Positions 54,529 to 63,136 of a stretch of DNA of 64,000 bases are shown here, in pieces (the stretch's first letter is position 1; each line of letters begins with the position of its first letter). Origin of the DNA: an uncultured Holophagales bacterium (GTDB lineage Bacteria > Acidobacteriota > Thermoanaerobaculia > UBA5066); contig CAZLQX010000005.1 in NCBI GenBank assembly GCA_964561935.1, forward strand, positions 131,939 through 195,938, written 5' to 3'. Under the pieces are notes generated by a model. The model saw nothing but the letters and a program-made list of their open reading frames with translations. It was not told the DNA's origin and searched no databases. Made by a program: the position numbers and the translations under genes.

Positions 54529-56661
54529 TCAGAGGCGGCGCACCGCCTCCGCCTCCTCGTCCAGGAGCTCGGCGAGGACGCCCTGGATCTCGAAGTGGAG
54601 CGGCTGGCGGTGGACGAGAAGAGACCGGAGCTCCGCGACGACCTCGTCCGTCTCGCGGAGCGCCTGCTCGATCCTCCCCGTCGGGTCCTCGGGGACGAAG
54701 TCGCCCGGGGCCGTCGCGATCGAGAAGCCCGGAACCCGAGTCACGAGCCGGAGCGCGAGGAGGACGGCCCGCTCGAAGAGCGTGGGAGGGATCGCGTTCG
54801 GCCGACCGGGGCCGCGGTCCTCGTCCCGGTAGAACGCCTGCGACCGGTCGAAGAGGGCCGCGGTGACGGAGTCCGAGGCGAGCGCCGCCTTCAGGCGCGA
54901 GAGGCCGTCCCCCTCCTTCGTCCGGACGGCCGCCGTCGCCGCGCGCTGCACCGCCTGGAGGAGGAGCGTGAAGTCGGAGCTTTCCCCGCCGGTGAGGGAC
55001 CGGAGGAGGAGGACGCCGAGCGAGTGGAGGTCGGACGGAGCGCCGAAACGCGGGAAGACCTTGTAGCGCGCCCCGGGGAGGCGGACGCCGAACGAGCGCC
55101 GGAGCCTCTTCACGGCGGCGTCGTCGAGGTCGACCGGCTCCGAGACGAACGTGAGCTCCTCGTACGAGGCCGGGACGCCCGGCTTGCGCTTCACGACGAG
55201 GGCGTCGATGCCGAGGCCGAGCGCCTCGTCGGGGAACGTGACGTGGATCCAGTCGGGCTCCTCCGGCTTCGGGAAGAGGCCGTTCGGGTCGGAGAGGCGC
55301 CCCTCGACCCGCACGCCGAGGCCCGCGTCCGCCGGCTCGATCTCGGAGAGGTAGACGTCGCCGGGACGCCGCGCGGCGAGCCGGAACTCGAGGATCTCCG
55401 GCGCCGCGTAGGGGAACATCGGCTCCGGGGGCGGCACGACGACCTCCACCCCGAACGCCGACGTCTTCGCCGCCGAGGCGACCCCGTGGAGTCGGACCTC
55501 GAACGTCCAGAGGGCCGGCAGCGAGGAGCCCGACCCGTAGCTGTCGAGCAGGACGTGCCCCGGGTGAAGGTCGAGGTGCGGCTGCCCCGTCGCGCGGTAG
55601 TAGGCGAGGACCGCGTCGACGAGCTGCCGGAACCCCGTCATCTTCAGGTAGAGGACCTCGACGGCGTCGACGCCCGTGCCGTCGTGGCCGTAGAGGTAGC
55701 GGCCCGTCGGCGGAAGCGTCTCGAGGAGCCACTCGAGCCGCCGCCGGCTCGAGTCCGCCTCGAGGCTCTCGGGCGCGGCCGAGGGGACGAGGTCCTCCTC
55801 GGCCCGCCCGCCGACGAAGTCGGACCACTCGTCCCACTTCACCGGCGAGAGGCCCGTCACGACGAAGGGCGAGGGGCAGAGCGAGAAGACGGACCACCGC
55901 GCGGCGAAGTCGCCGAGCGAGGCTCCCCCTTCCTTCCGGAGGCGGAGCGCCTCCTCGGAGACGGCGTGCGACGGGAAGGCCTTCACCTGTTCCTCGTCCC
56001 AGTCGCGGAGGAGGGCCCGGGCGAGCCCCTTCAGGAGGTCGTCCGCGCCCCCGACGGGGACGTCCGGCGTCCCCGGGACCGGGTCGTGGCAGAAGACGGC
56101 GAGGACGCGGTCCGTCGAGGCGCAGGCGGGGCAGCCGACGAGCCGGTGGAGCGACTCGAGGTGCGAGGGGAGCCGCCGTTCCCGGAGGAAGAGCTCGTCC
56201 GTCAGGAGCTGAAGCGGCCGGCCGCACGCCGCGCAGGGAGGCGTGAAGAACGTGCGCGACGGCTTGTCGTAGAGGAGGGCCGGGAGCGTCCCCTCCCCCG
56301 CGCCGTCCGGCTGGAGGAGCCGCGGGAACCAGGGGCGCTCCGAGCGGAGGGAGCGGAGCCGTTCCCGCTCGGACGCGAAGCGCGCGAAGAGCGTCCCGTT
56401 CGTCGGGCGCGCGGCGCTCTCGACGAGCGACTCGGAGAGGGCGTTCGGGAGGAGCTTGACGGCGACGAGCTCGACGACGCTGTCCGCGTCCCCCTTGAGC
56501 GCCCCGAGGTAGACGCGGCTCGTCCCCTCGTCCGACGAGAGCGGGAGCGGGACCGGCCCCTCCTCCGCCCCGCCCGCGAGCGGGCCGAGGACGAGGTGGA
56601 GGCCGAAGGGCGACGGCGCGTCGCCCGGCGGGAGGAGGCGGGCGGTCGGGAACCCCTTCAC
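54529..56661 (-). CDS. PpkA-like Ser/Thr protein kinase-like protein with a degenerate catalytic loop and a Cys4 zinc-ribbon insert
   Basis: VYLGALKGDADSVVELVAVKLL resembles kinase subdomains I-II (Gly-loop / VAxK). HLDLHPGHVLLDS stands in the HRDLKPxNxLLD catalytic-loop position, keeping the Asp but with Lys-to-His and Asn-to-His. CAACGRPLQ...CPAC is a zinc ribbon. It lies adjacent to the FHA gene, as PpkA does. Confidence 0.45.
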   Translation of the reverse strand: MKGFPTARLLPPGDAPSPFGLHLVLGPLAGGAEEGPVPLPLSSDEGTSRVYLGALKGDADSVVELVAVKLLPNALSESLVESAARPTNGTLFARFASERERLRSLRSERPWFPRLLQPDGAGEGTLPALLYDKPSRTFFTPPCAACGRPLQLLTDELFLRERRLPSHLESLHRLVGCPACASTDRVLAVFCHDPVPGTPDVPVGGADDLLKGLARALLRDWDEEQVKAFPSHAVSEEALRLRKEGGASLGDFAARWSVFSLCPSPFVVTGLSPVKWDEWSDFVGGRAEEDLVPSAAPESLEADSSRRRLEWLLETLPPTGRYLYGHDGTGVDAVEVLYLKMTGFRQLVDAVLAYYRATGQPHLDLHPGHVLLDSYGSGSSLPALWTFEVRLHGVASAAKTSAFGVEVVVPPPEPMFPYAAPEILEFRLAARRPGDVYLSEIEPADAGLGVRVEGRLSDPNGLFPKPEEPDWIHVTFPDEALGLGIDALVVKRKPGVPASYEELTFVSEPVDLDDAAVKRLRRSFGVRLPGARYKVFPRFGAPSDLHSLGVLLLRSLTGGESSDFTLLLQAVQRAATAAVRTKEGDGLSRLKAALASDSVTAALFDRSQAFYRDEDRGPGRPNAIPPTLFERAVLLALRLVTRVPGFSIATAPGDFVPEDPTGRIEQALRETDEVVAELRSLLVHRQPLHFEIQGVLAELLDEEAEAVRRL

Positions 56662-56741
56662 CTCGGCCCTCCTTCGGGCCGCGCCATACGGACCGTCGGC
56701 ACGCGCGTGCTCACCACTGGGTTTCCTCCGGTCTGCCGAGT

Positions 56742-58793
56742 CTACCCTTCCCGCGGCGCGTCGCCGCCGCCGGACGGGCCGGGTCCGCGCCGCAGCAGCC
56801 GCGCGACGACGAGGAGGAGCGCGACGACGGCCCCGACGAGAGCCGCCTGGAAGAGCCTCGGTCCGGCGGCGGCGCGCTCAGCCTCGGGCGCGGCCTCGGG
56901 TGCGAGCGACGCCTCGAGCGCCGGCGCGCCGAGGAGGCGCGGGGCGAGGAGCTCGAGGTCGTAGCGCGGCGGCGCCAGGCCGGCGCGCCCCGCGAGGAGC
57001 GTGAGGGCCCCTCCCTCGCGCACGAAGCGGAGGCGGTGCTCCGGGAGGAGAAGGGAGGCCCGGACGAGCGGGAGCGGCGCGTTGTCGCCGTCGTCGACCG
57101 AGAGCCAGAGCTCGCGCCCTTCCCCCGGCGGCAGGTCGAGGAGCAGAGCCGGGGCGTCGCGCCCGGGGTCCGCCCCTTGCCACGCCGAGGAGGCGACCGG
57201 GGAGAACGTCCCGGCCGTCTCGGGGCGCCCGCCGAGCCGCTCGCGAAGGAGGACGACGTTCCGCGAGAAGACGCGCGCCGTCGTCGCGAGCTCGAGCCGC
57301 GCGGCGGGAAGGCGCTCGAACGGCAGCTCGATCCTGTGGAAGGAGACGCGGCCCTCTTCGCCCGGTCCGCTCCGCGGGCGCGGGTCCTTCCCCGGCTGCG
57401 GCGCCGGGAGCTTCACGACGAGCGGTCCGGCGAGCGTCTCGACGAGGTACGGGACCTGCCGGCCGTCGGCCGTCGCGATCCGCACGTCCGAGAGGTCCGG
57501 GCTCGCGGCGAGGAGCGCCGCGTCGACGCGGAGCGCCGTCAGGCCGAAAGGTCCGTCGGGGATCGCGCGGGAGACACGAAAGCCCGACCTCTCGAGCGCC
57601 GCCCCCGCGGGAACGGTCGGGAGCTGCGCGGCGGAGGCGGCGGCCGCGGGCGCGGTCCGCGCCGCTCCCCAGGCCGCCTCGTGCGGCGGCGCGGCGCCTC
57701 GCCGGGTGATCGCGGGGCGCACGGCCTCGAGGTCGTACCGCGGGCGCGCGAGCCCCGTCGACCCGTAGCGCGCCGTGAGCGGCGCGCCGTCGGGGCTCTC
57801 GAAGTAGACCCAGGGGAGCCCCTGGAGGAGGAGCGTGACGGTGGCGACGTCGAGGGGCGGGTTCCCGGCGTCCTCGACGACGAGCTCCAGCTCGGCTTCG
57901 GCCGGCGGCGAGACGCGGATCGCGAGGCTCGTCGCCGCGGCGTCCTCGCGCTCGGCCCGCCGGAGCGTCCCCGCGCCGAGCTCGAACGGCACGAGGCGCC
58001 CGCCGGAGAGACGCGACTCGAGGAGCCGCGCGTCCCTCAGGACGTGGCCCGAGCGGACGCCGACCTCGACCGCGGAGACGGGGATCCCCGCCGCGGGGAG
58101 CCGGACCCGGAAGCGGCTCCGGCCCGGCTCGCTCTCGAGGCGCTCGAACGGCACCTCCGCGCGGAGGGGCTCGGCCTCGCCGCCCGTCCCCGCGAGGCGG
58201 GCCTCGACACGTTCCGGCAGAGGCACGCGCCCGCTCTTCGCGTCGTTCCACGTCAGGCGCAGGAACCGGTGCTCCCCCTCCGGGCAGGCGACCTCGGTCC
58301 GCGTCAGACCCTCCGCCGGGAGGTCGAAGAGCGTCCCTTCCGCGACGAGGACGGTCCAGCGGGCACGGTCGCCGCTCGCCTCGAGCCGGAGCCGCTTCAG
58401 GTACGGCGCCGGGAGCCCGTGGACGCGGAGACGGTCGACCCTCCGGAGCGCGCCGAGGTCCGCCTCGAAACCGCTGGAGCTCTTCGTCTCGGGGATGGGC
58501 AGGATCGAGGCGCGGAGCCACTCCGGCTCGCTTCGCCGCGGCGGCACGAGGAGGTACGGCACCTCCTTCCCGTCCGCGGCGACGAGACGCAGGTCCGAGA
58601 GGAGACCCGGCCCCGAGCGCGCCTCCGATCCCGCGAGGAGCGCGACGTCGACCGCGAGCTGGTTCGGCCCCGCTCCTCCCGGCGTGACGGCCCGCTCGTG
58701 CCGGAAGGCGGCGGGAGCGGCCCCTTCCCGGGACGCGCTCGCGGGGGCGGCGAGGACGATGGCGATCGCGAGGACGCGGCGGGTCGGCGTCAT
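56742..58793 (-). CDS. secreted/anchored DUF3999-like beta-rich protein
   Basis: Internal start MTPTRRVLAIAIVLAAPASA (signal peptide), taken from the C-terminal 683 aa of junk ORF 56742..62546. A C-terminal hydrophobic helix (LVGAVVALLLVVARLL) precedes a basic tail. The start overlaps the stop of the upstream membrane-protein gene (TCATG). Confidence 0.6.
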   Translation of the reverse strand: MTPTRRVLAIAIVLAAPASASREGAAPAAFRHERAVTPGGAGPNQLAVDVALLAGSEARSGPGLLSDLRLVAADGKEVPYLLVPPRRSEPEWLRASILPIPETKSSSGFEADLGALRRVDRLRVHGLPAPYLKRLRLEASGDRARWTVLVAEGTLFDLPAEGLTRTEVACPEGEHRFLRLTWNDAKSGRVPLPERVEARLAGTGGEAEPLRAEVPFERLESEPGRSRFRVRLPAAGIPVSAVEVGVRSGHVLRDARLLESRLSGGRLVPFELGAGTLRRAEREDAAATSLAIRVSPPAEAELELVVEDAGNPPLDVATVTLLLQGLPWVYFESPDGAPLTARYGSTGLARPRYDLEAVRPAITRRGAAPPHEAAWGAARTAPAAAASAAQLPTVPAGAALERSGFRVSRAIPDGPFGLTALRVDAALLAASPDLSDVRIATADGRQVPYLVETLAGPLVVKLPAPQPGKDPRPRSGPGEEGRVSFHRIELPFERLPAARLELATTARVFSRNVVLLRERLGGRPETAGTFSPVASSAWQGADPGRDAPALLLDLPPGEGRELWLSVDDGDNAPLPLVRASLLLPEHRLRFVREGGALTLLAGRAGLAPPRYDLELLAPRLLGAPALEASLAPEAAPEAERAAAGPRLFQAALVGAVVALLLVVARLLRRGPGPSGGGDAPREG

Positions 58794-61700
58794 TCCTTCT
58801 CCCGGGTCCGGAGGACGAAGCGCTGGATGGCGATCGCGACGAGCGAGAGCGACACCGCGAGGCCGACGAACGAGGCGACCCGGTAGAGGCCCCCGAGGCG
58901 GCCGAGGTCGTGGAGGAACGCCTTCAGGACGGTGACGACGAGGAGACCGAGCGCCGCGGCGCGCGCCGCACGGCTTCTCCCGACGATCCCGGCCGCGAGG
59001 AGGCCGACGCCGAAAACGGCCCAGGCGAGCGTGTAGGCGAGGTCCTGCGCGAGAGAGGCCCCGCGCGCGAAGTTGAAGGCGAGCGCCGGCCCCGTCGCGA
59101 ACCAGTCGGCGATCTCGATGTTGACGAGGGCGAAGAGGAGGACCGTCGCGCCCGTGACCTGCGCGGACGAGAGCCGGAGCCGGCCTCCCGCGAGCTCGTC
59201 CGCCGTGGGGCGGAGGAACCGGGCGGCGAGGAAGAGCGCGATCGCCGCGGCGAGGTACGTGTAGAGGTACCAGTTCCAGATCGGCGTCGCGCTCCGCGCG
59301 TGGTACGTGAGGACCGCCTCGTTCAGGACGAGCCTCGCGAAGACGGCCGCCGAAAGGCCCGCCGACGCGAGGAGGAGCCCCCGGTGCGGCACGCGCGTGT
59401 AGAGCCACGCGAGAGCCGCCGCCTCGAGCGCCCAGCCGATCGTGATCCACTCCCTCTCGAGCTGGAGCGGGATCGCGACCGTCACGAACGCGAGGGCGGC
59501 TCCCGCGACGAGGGCGAGCCGGCCGAGATCGCGTGCCGCCGGCGGCTCGATCCTCAGGAGCGCGACGAGGAGGAGCGCGAGCGCCGCCGCGATGCCGACC
59601 GGCAGGACGCCGACGAAGCCGTCCCAGCCCGCCTCGCGGAAGCTCTCGCGCCCGAGGAGGAAGAAGGCCCCGCTCGCGAGGACGGCCGTGACCCAGGGGG
59701 CCCTCGCGGCCCGAGCGCGGCGCGAGGCGAGCGGCGCCGCGGCGAGGAAGAGGAGCCACGGAAGGAGGCCGAAGAGGAGGCGGGGAACGGCCACGTCCGC
59801 GATCCGCCCCTCCCTCCCGGCCCAGGCGAGGACCGAGACGAACCAGGTCGCCGCCGAGAGGACGGAGAGGCCGTGCCACCCCTCGAGCGTCGCGACGGCG
59901 ACGAGCGCCCCCGCGAGGAGGAGGTGTGCGGCGATCAGGAGCGCGACGTCGGGGCTGCCCCCTCTCGTGCCGGCGAAGAGCGCGACGACCTGCCCGAGGA
60001 GGAGCGCCGCCGCCGCCCCCTGAGCGACGGCCTTCCGGAGGGCCTCCCCCCCCTTCGGGGCCCGCGGCGCGAGCGAGCGCGCGATCAGGCCCAGGCCGGC
60101 GACCCCGAGCGCCGAGAGGAGCCCGACCGAGGGCCACGGGGGCTCGGCGACCGCCGAGACGAAGGCGAGGAGGACGACCTGCGAGAGGACGAGCGCCGCG
60201 GCGAGGAGAGCGCCGACGCCGGTCCCGAACGCGGCGGCCGCGAGCGCGAGGTCGAGGACGAGGAGGACTCCGAGGAGCGGCCCCGGCGGGACGGCGAGCG
60301 ACGGCTGCGTCGCGACGAAGAGGAGGAAGAGGTGCCCGACGAGGCCGAGGTGGACGCCGTCGGGTCCGGCGGCCGCCTCGGAGCCGGTCTTCGCTCGGGC
60401 CCAGGCGGTCCCGCCGACGACGACGAGGGCGAAGCCGAGGACGACGAGGAGACCCGGTACGAGGAGCGGCGCGAGAGGGACCGTCATCCACCAGACGGCG
60501 AGGACGCCCCACGAAAGGAGGACGCCGAGGAGCGTCGCGACCGGGAAGCGCCCGGCGGCCCCTTCCGCGAAGAGGCCGACGTTCAGGACCGCGAGGAGGA
60601 GCGCGAGCCCCCAGAGCGCCGAGGCGGCGACCGGCCCGGCGGCGAGGAAGAGGAGGAGCGCGAGCGCCGCGAAGAGGAGGACGACGGAGAGGCCGCCCGG
60701 CTTCAGCCCCTTGCCGTATCGGCGCGCGAGGAGCGGGACGCCGAGGTAGAAGAGGGAGAAGACGCCGTAGAGCGCAAGGCCCGGGAGGAGCCGCTCCGGG
60801 GTCAGGTGCTTCGCCGACCAGACCGCCTGCGCGACGAGCGCGAAGAAGGCCCCCGCGAAGAAGACGCCCCCCTCCTCGCGGACGACCGCGTACGCCGCGC
60901 AGGCCGCGAGGAGGACGAACACGACGCCGAAGAGGAGGCCGGGCGCGGCGGCGCGCGGCTCCTCGGCCACGAGGACCGGTGCGAGCGAGAGGAGGAGAGG
61001 GGCCGTGTACGCGGCGCTCCGGCCGGCCGCGCCGAGCGGCCGACCGACCCTCTCGGCGAAGAACGGCGCCGCGAGGAAGAAGACGACGAAGAGGGCGAGG
61101 AACGCGAGGACCGAGGGCCACGCCCCGGGCGCGTAGCTCCGGAAGGCCCAGACGACGAAGACGAGGAGCGTGGCGAGCCCGCCGGCGAGGTGGAGCTCGG
61201 AGGGCCCGCGCCAGACGGCCACCGCGAAGAGTCCCGCGGCGAGGAGGAAGAGGAACCCGAAGAGGAGGCCGTGGCGCGCGCCGTAGGCGGGCACCGCCGC
61301 GAGGAAGAGGGCGAAGAGGAGCGGCAGGAGCCCGGCGAGGCGCGCGGCCCCCTCGAAGAGAGGCGCCTTCCCGTCCGCCCCCTTCTCCTCGGGCCTGCCG
61401 AGCGCGAGCCCGGCGTAGAGGACGAGCGGGAAGACGAGGAAGACGCCCGCGGCGATCCCGAGCTTCCCCTCGGTCAGGAACTTCGCGACCCAGCCCCACT
61501 GGTAGACCGCCGTCAGGACGGCGCAGAGGAGCGTCAGGACCGGCCACTTCTTCCGGTGCGCGACCCAGGCGAGGCCGGCGTTCAGGAGGAGGAGGTAGCC
61601 GAAGAGGCCGAACGGGCGGTCCTCCCCCGTCGAGAGGAGCGCCGGCGTCGCGAAGCCGCCGACGAGGCCGAGGAGGGCGATGAAGATCGAGTCGCGCCGG

Positions 61701-62716
61701 ATCGAGAGGAGGACCGCGGCCGCCGTCACGAGCGCCATCAGCCCGAACGTCGGGATCGCCGGGACGAGCTTCCAGAGGGAGTGCGCGGCGAAGAAGGTCG
61801 AGAAGAGGACGGCGATCGCGGCGCCGTCGAGGGCGTTCGCGGTGACCGGGTAACGTCGCGCCGCCCTCAGCTCGCACGCGACGAGGAGGCCGATTCCGGT
61901 CAGGAGGCCGATCGCCATTCGGAGCGGCGGCGTCAGCCAGCCGTGGTCGATCGAGTAGCGGAGGAAGAGGACCGCGGCGACGACGAGCGCCACGGCCGCC
62001 ACCCACGAGAAGAGCTTCACGCCGACGAGGCTCTCCCAGTCGAAGGGGGGCTTCGGCGGAGCGGCGGGGGGCGGCGCCGGGCGCCGCGGCGGAGGCTGCG
62101 GCGGCGGGGCCGGGGTCGGCGCGACGGGGGGCGCCGGGACGGTCGCCGCCTCGCGCGGGCGCTCCGGCGCGGAAGCGGCGGCGGCCCGGGGCAGGGCCTC
62201 GACAGAGGGCGGCGCCGCCGCCGGGAGGGGCGTCGTCGGGAGCGGAGGCGCCTGCGGGACGGCCGGAGGGGCCGGCGGCGGGGGAACGGGCGGGATCCGC
62301 GACGGCGGCGGAGGAGCCGAGGCCGGCGACGGAGCGGGAGCGGCCAGCCGGTCGGTCTCGTCGAAGACCGACGGCGGGCGCGTCGGCGCCGGCGGCGCCG
62401 CGGCCGCGGCGGGCAGGGGCGGGACGGGAGCCGGCGGCACGGCCGCCGTCGGAGCGGGCCGCGACCCTTCTGCGGGGGTCGGGGTGGCCGCCTGGGCGGG
62501 CTCCGCCGGGCCGGCCGCGGCCCCTGAGGCCCGGGCCGCGTGCCACTCGGACCTCAGCTCGTGGAGGTGCCCTTCCAGCCGCGCGTTCGCCCGCTCCAGC
62601 ACGGCCGCGCGCTCCTCGAGCTTCCGGAGGCGGCTCCTCGTCAGGAGGGAGACGACGAGCGACACGAGGGGCGCGAGGACGAGCGCCGCCGCCAGGAGGA
62701 GGAAGAAGGCCTCCAT
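58790..62716 (-). CDS. giant polytopic membrane protein (DUF2339-like). It has an N-terminal TM helix, a coiled coil, an about 170-aa proline-rich linker, then more than 25 TM helices.
   Basis: 1308 aa. N-terminal TM helix (MEAFFLLLAAALVLAPLVSLVV), then a coiled coil (RLRKLEERAAVLERANARLEGHLHELRSE). The PAPVPPLP...PPPQPPPRRPAPPPAAPPKPPF linker follows, then continuous hydrophobic helices with a balanced Leu/Ala/Val/Gly/Phe/Trp composition, unlike the Arg/Pro junk frames. Antisense ORFs 58910..62527 and 59926..61683 are rejected. Confidence 0.65.
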   Translation of the reverse strand: MEAFFLLLAAALVLAPLVSLVVSLLTRSRLRKLEERAAVLERANARLEGHLHELRSEWHAARASGAAAGPAEPAQAATPTPAEGSRPAPTAAVPPAPVPPLPAAAAAPPAPTRPPSVFDETDRLAAPAPSPASAPPPPSRIPPVPPPPAPPAVPQAPPLPTTPLPAAAPPSVEALPRAAAASAPERPREAATVPAPPVAPTPAPPPQPPPRRPAPPPAAPPKPPFDWESLVGVKLFSWVAAVALVVAAVLFLRYSIDHGWLTPPLRMAIGLLTGIGLLVACELRAARRYPVTANALDGAAIAVLFSTFFAAHSLWKLVPAIPTFGLMALVTAAAVLLSIRRDSIFIALLGLVGGFATPALLSTGEDRPFGLFGYLLLLNAGLAWVAHRKKWPVLTLLCAVLTAVYQWGWVAKFLTEGKLGIAAGVFLVFPLVLYAGLALGRPEEKGADGKAPLFEGAARLAGLLPLLFALFLAAVPAYGARHGLLFGFLFLLAAGLFAVAVWRGPSELHLAGGLATLLVFVVWAFRSYAPGAWPSVLAFLALFVVFFLAAPFFAERVGRPLGAAGRSAAYTAPLLLSLAPVLVAEEPRAAAPGLLFGVVFVLLAACAAYAVVREEGGVFFAGAFFALVAQAVWSAKHLTPERLLPGLALYGVFSLFYLGVPLLARRYGKGLKPGGLSVVLLFAALALLLFLAAGPVAASALWGLALLLAVLNVGLFAEGAAGRFPVATLLGVLLSWGVLAVWWMTVPLAPLLVPGLLVVLGFALVVVGGTAWARAKTGSEAAAGPDGVHLGLVGHLFLLFVATQPSLAVPPGPLLGVLLVLDLALAAAAFGTGVGALLAAALVLSQVVLLAFVSAVAEPPWPSVGLLSALGVAGLGLIARSLAPRAPKGGEALRKAVAQGAAAALLLGQVVALFAGTRGGSPDVALLIAAHLLLAGALVAVATLEGWHGLSVLSAATWFVSVLAWAGREGRIADVAVPRLLFGLLPWLLFLAAAPLASRRARAARAPWVTAVLASGAFFLLGRESFREAGWDGFVGVLPVGIAAALALLLVALLRIEPPAARDLGRLALVAGAALAFVTVAIPLQLEREWITIGWALEAAALAWLYTRVPHRGLLLASAGLSAAVFARLVLNEAVLTYHARSATPIWNWYLYTYLAAAIALFLAARFLRPTADELAGGRLRLSSAQVTGATVLLFALVNIEIADWFATGPALAFNFARGASLAQDLAYTLAWAVFGVGLLAAGIVGRSRAARAAALGLLVVTVLKAFLHDLGRLGGLYRVASFVGLAVSLSLVAIAIQRFVLRTREKE

Positions 62717-62743
62717 TTCAGCCGATCCTCACGCTGCGCGACC

Positions 62744-62965
62744 CTATTCCTCGGGCGTCCCCTCGTCGTCGACGTCGCCCCCGAAGAAGAACGAGTCGCC
62801 GCAAGGCCGGCTGCAGTAGTTCCTCGATCCGATGCGGTAGACGCAGTAGGTGCAGAACGTCTTCGCGCAGACGGGGCACTTGTCGAGCTCGGCCGCCTCG
62901 CAGAGCCGCCCGCAACGCCCGCACACGTCGACCGGGGTCTCCTCGTCTTCCTCAAGGAAGGGCAT
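62744..62965 (-). CDS. small zinc-ribbon protein (73 aa, 4x CxxC)
   Basis: Internal Met of ORF 62744..63589: MPFLEEDEETPVDVCGRCGRLCEAAELDKCPVCAKTFCTYCVYRIGSRNYCSRPC. It lies 28 nt upstream of, and co-oriented with, the giant membrane-protein gene. Confidence 0.55.
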   Translation of the reverse strand: MPFLEEDEETPVDVCGRCGRLCEAAELDKCPVCAKTFCTYCVYRIGSRNYCSRPCGDSFFFGGDVDDEGTPEE

Positions 62966-63022
62966 GACGGGATCATATCGCCGACGGATCTGGTACCATT
63001 CGCGGCTCTGCGGCCGGCTCGT

Positions 63023-63098
63023 GGCGATGTAGCTCAGTCGGTAGAGCGGGGGTCTCATAAGCCCTGTGTCGGCGGTTCGAGTCCGCCCATCGCCACCA
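63023..63098 (+). tRNA. tRNA with anticodon CAU (elongator Met or Ile2/lysidine type)
   Basis: The cloverleaf was read by hand. Acceptor GGCGATG/CATCGCC (G1-C72), D-arm GCTC-AGTCGGTA-GAGC, anticodon loop CUCAUAA, T-arm GGCGG-TTCGAGT-CCGCC, discriminator A, encoded CCA. It is not initiator-type: there is no C1xA72 mismatch, and the anticodon stem has only two of the three consecutive G-C pairs required at positions 29-31/39-41. Confidence 0.8.
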
Positions 63099-63136
63099 AC
63101 TCTCCCCGCAGAGCCGTCCTCGCCTACGATCACCCG

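Noticed and set aside
54491-56964. ORFs 54491..56227 (-) and 54595..56964 (+) over the kinase-like gene
   Set aside because: Arg/Pro/Glu-rich translations with no hydrophobic periodicity. The chosen frame has kinase-like blocks and a zinc ribbon.
58794-62546. N-terminal 1250 codons of ORF 56742..62546 (-), plus 58910..62527 (+) and 59926..61683 (+)
   Set aside because: Extreme Arg/Pro/Gly content. The same DNA in another minus frame encodes a coherent 1308-aa polytopic membrane protein. Only the C-terminal 683 codons of the 1934-aa ORF (from MTPTRRVLAIAIV) are accepted.
63023-63098. Possibility that the CAU tRNA is an initiator tRNA-fMet
   Set aside because: G1-C72 is a normal pair with no C1xA72 mismatch. 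The anticodon stem has G-C pairs at 28-30 and G-U at 31-39 rather than the 29-31 GGG/CCC hallmark. The adjacent tilS favours tRNA-Ile2 or elongator Met.
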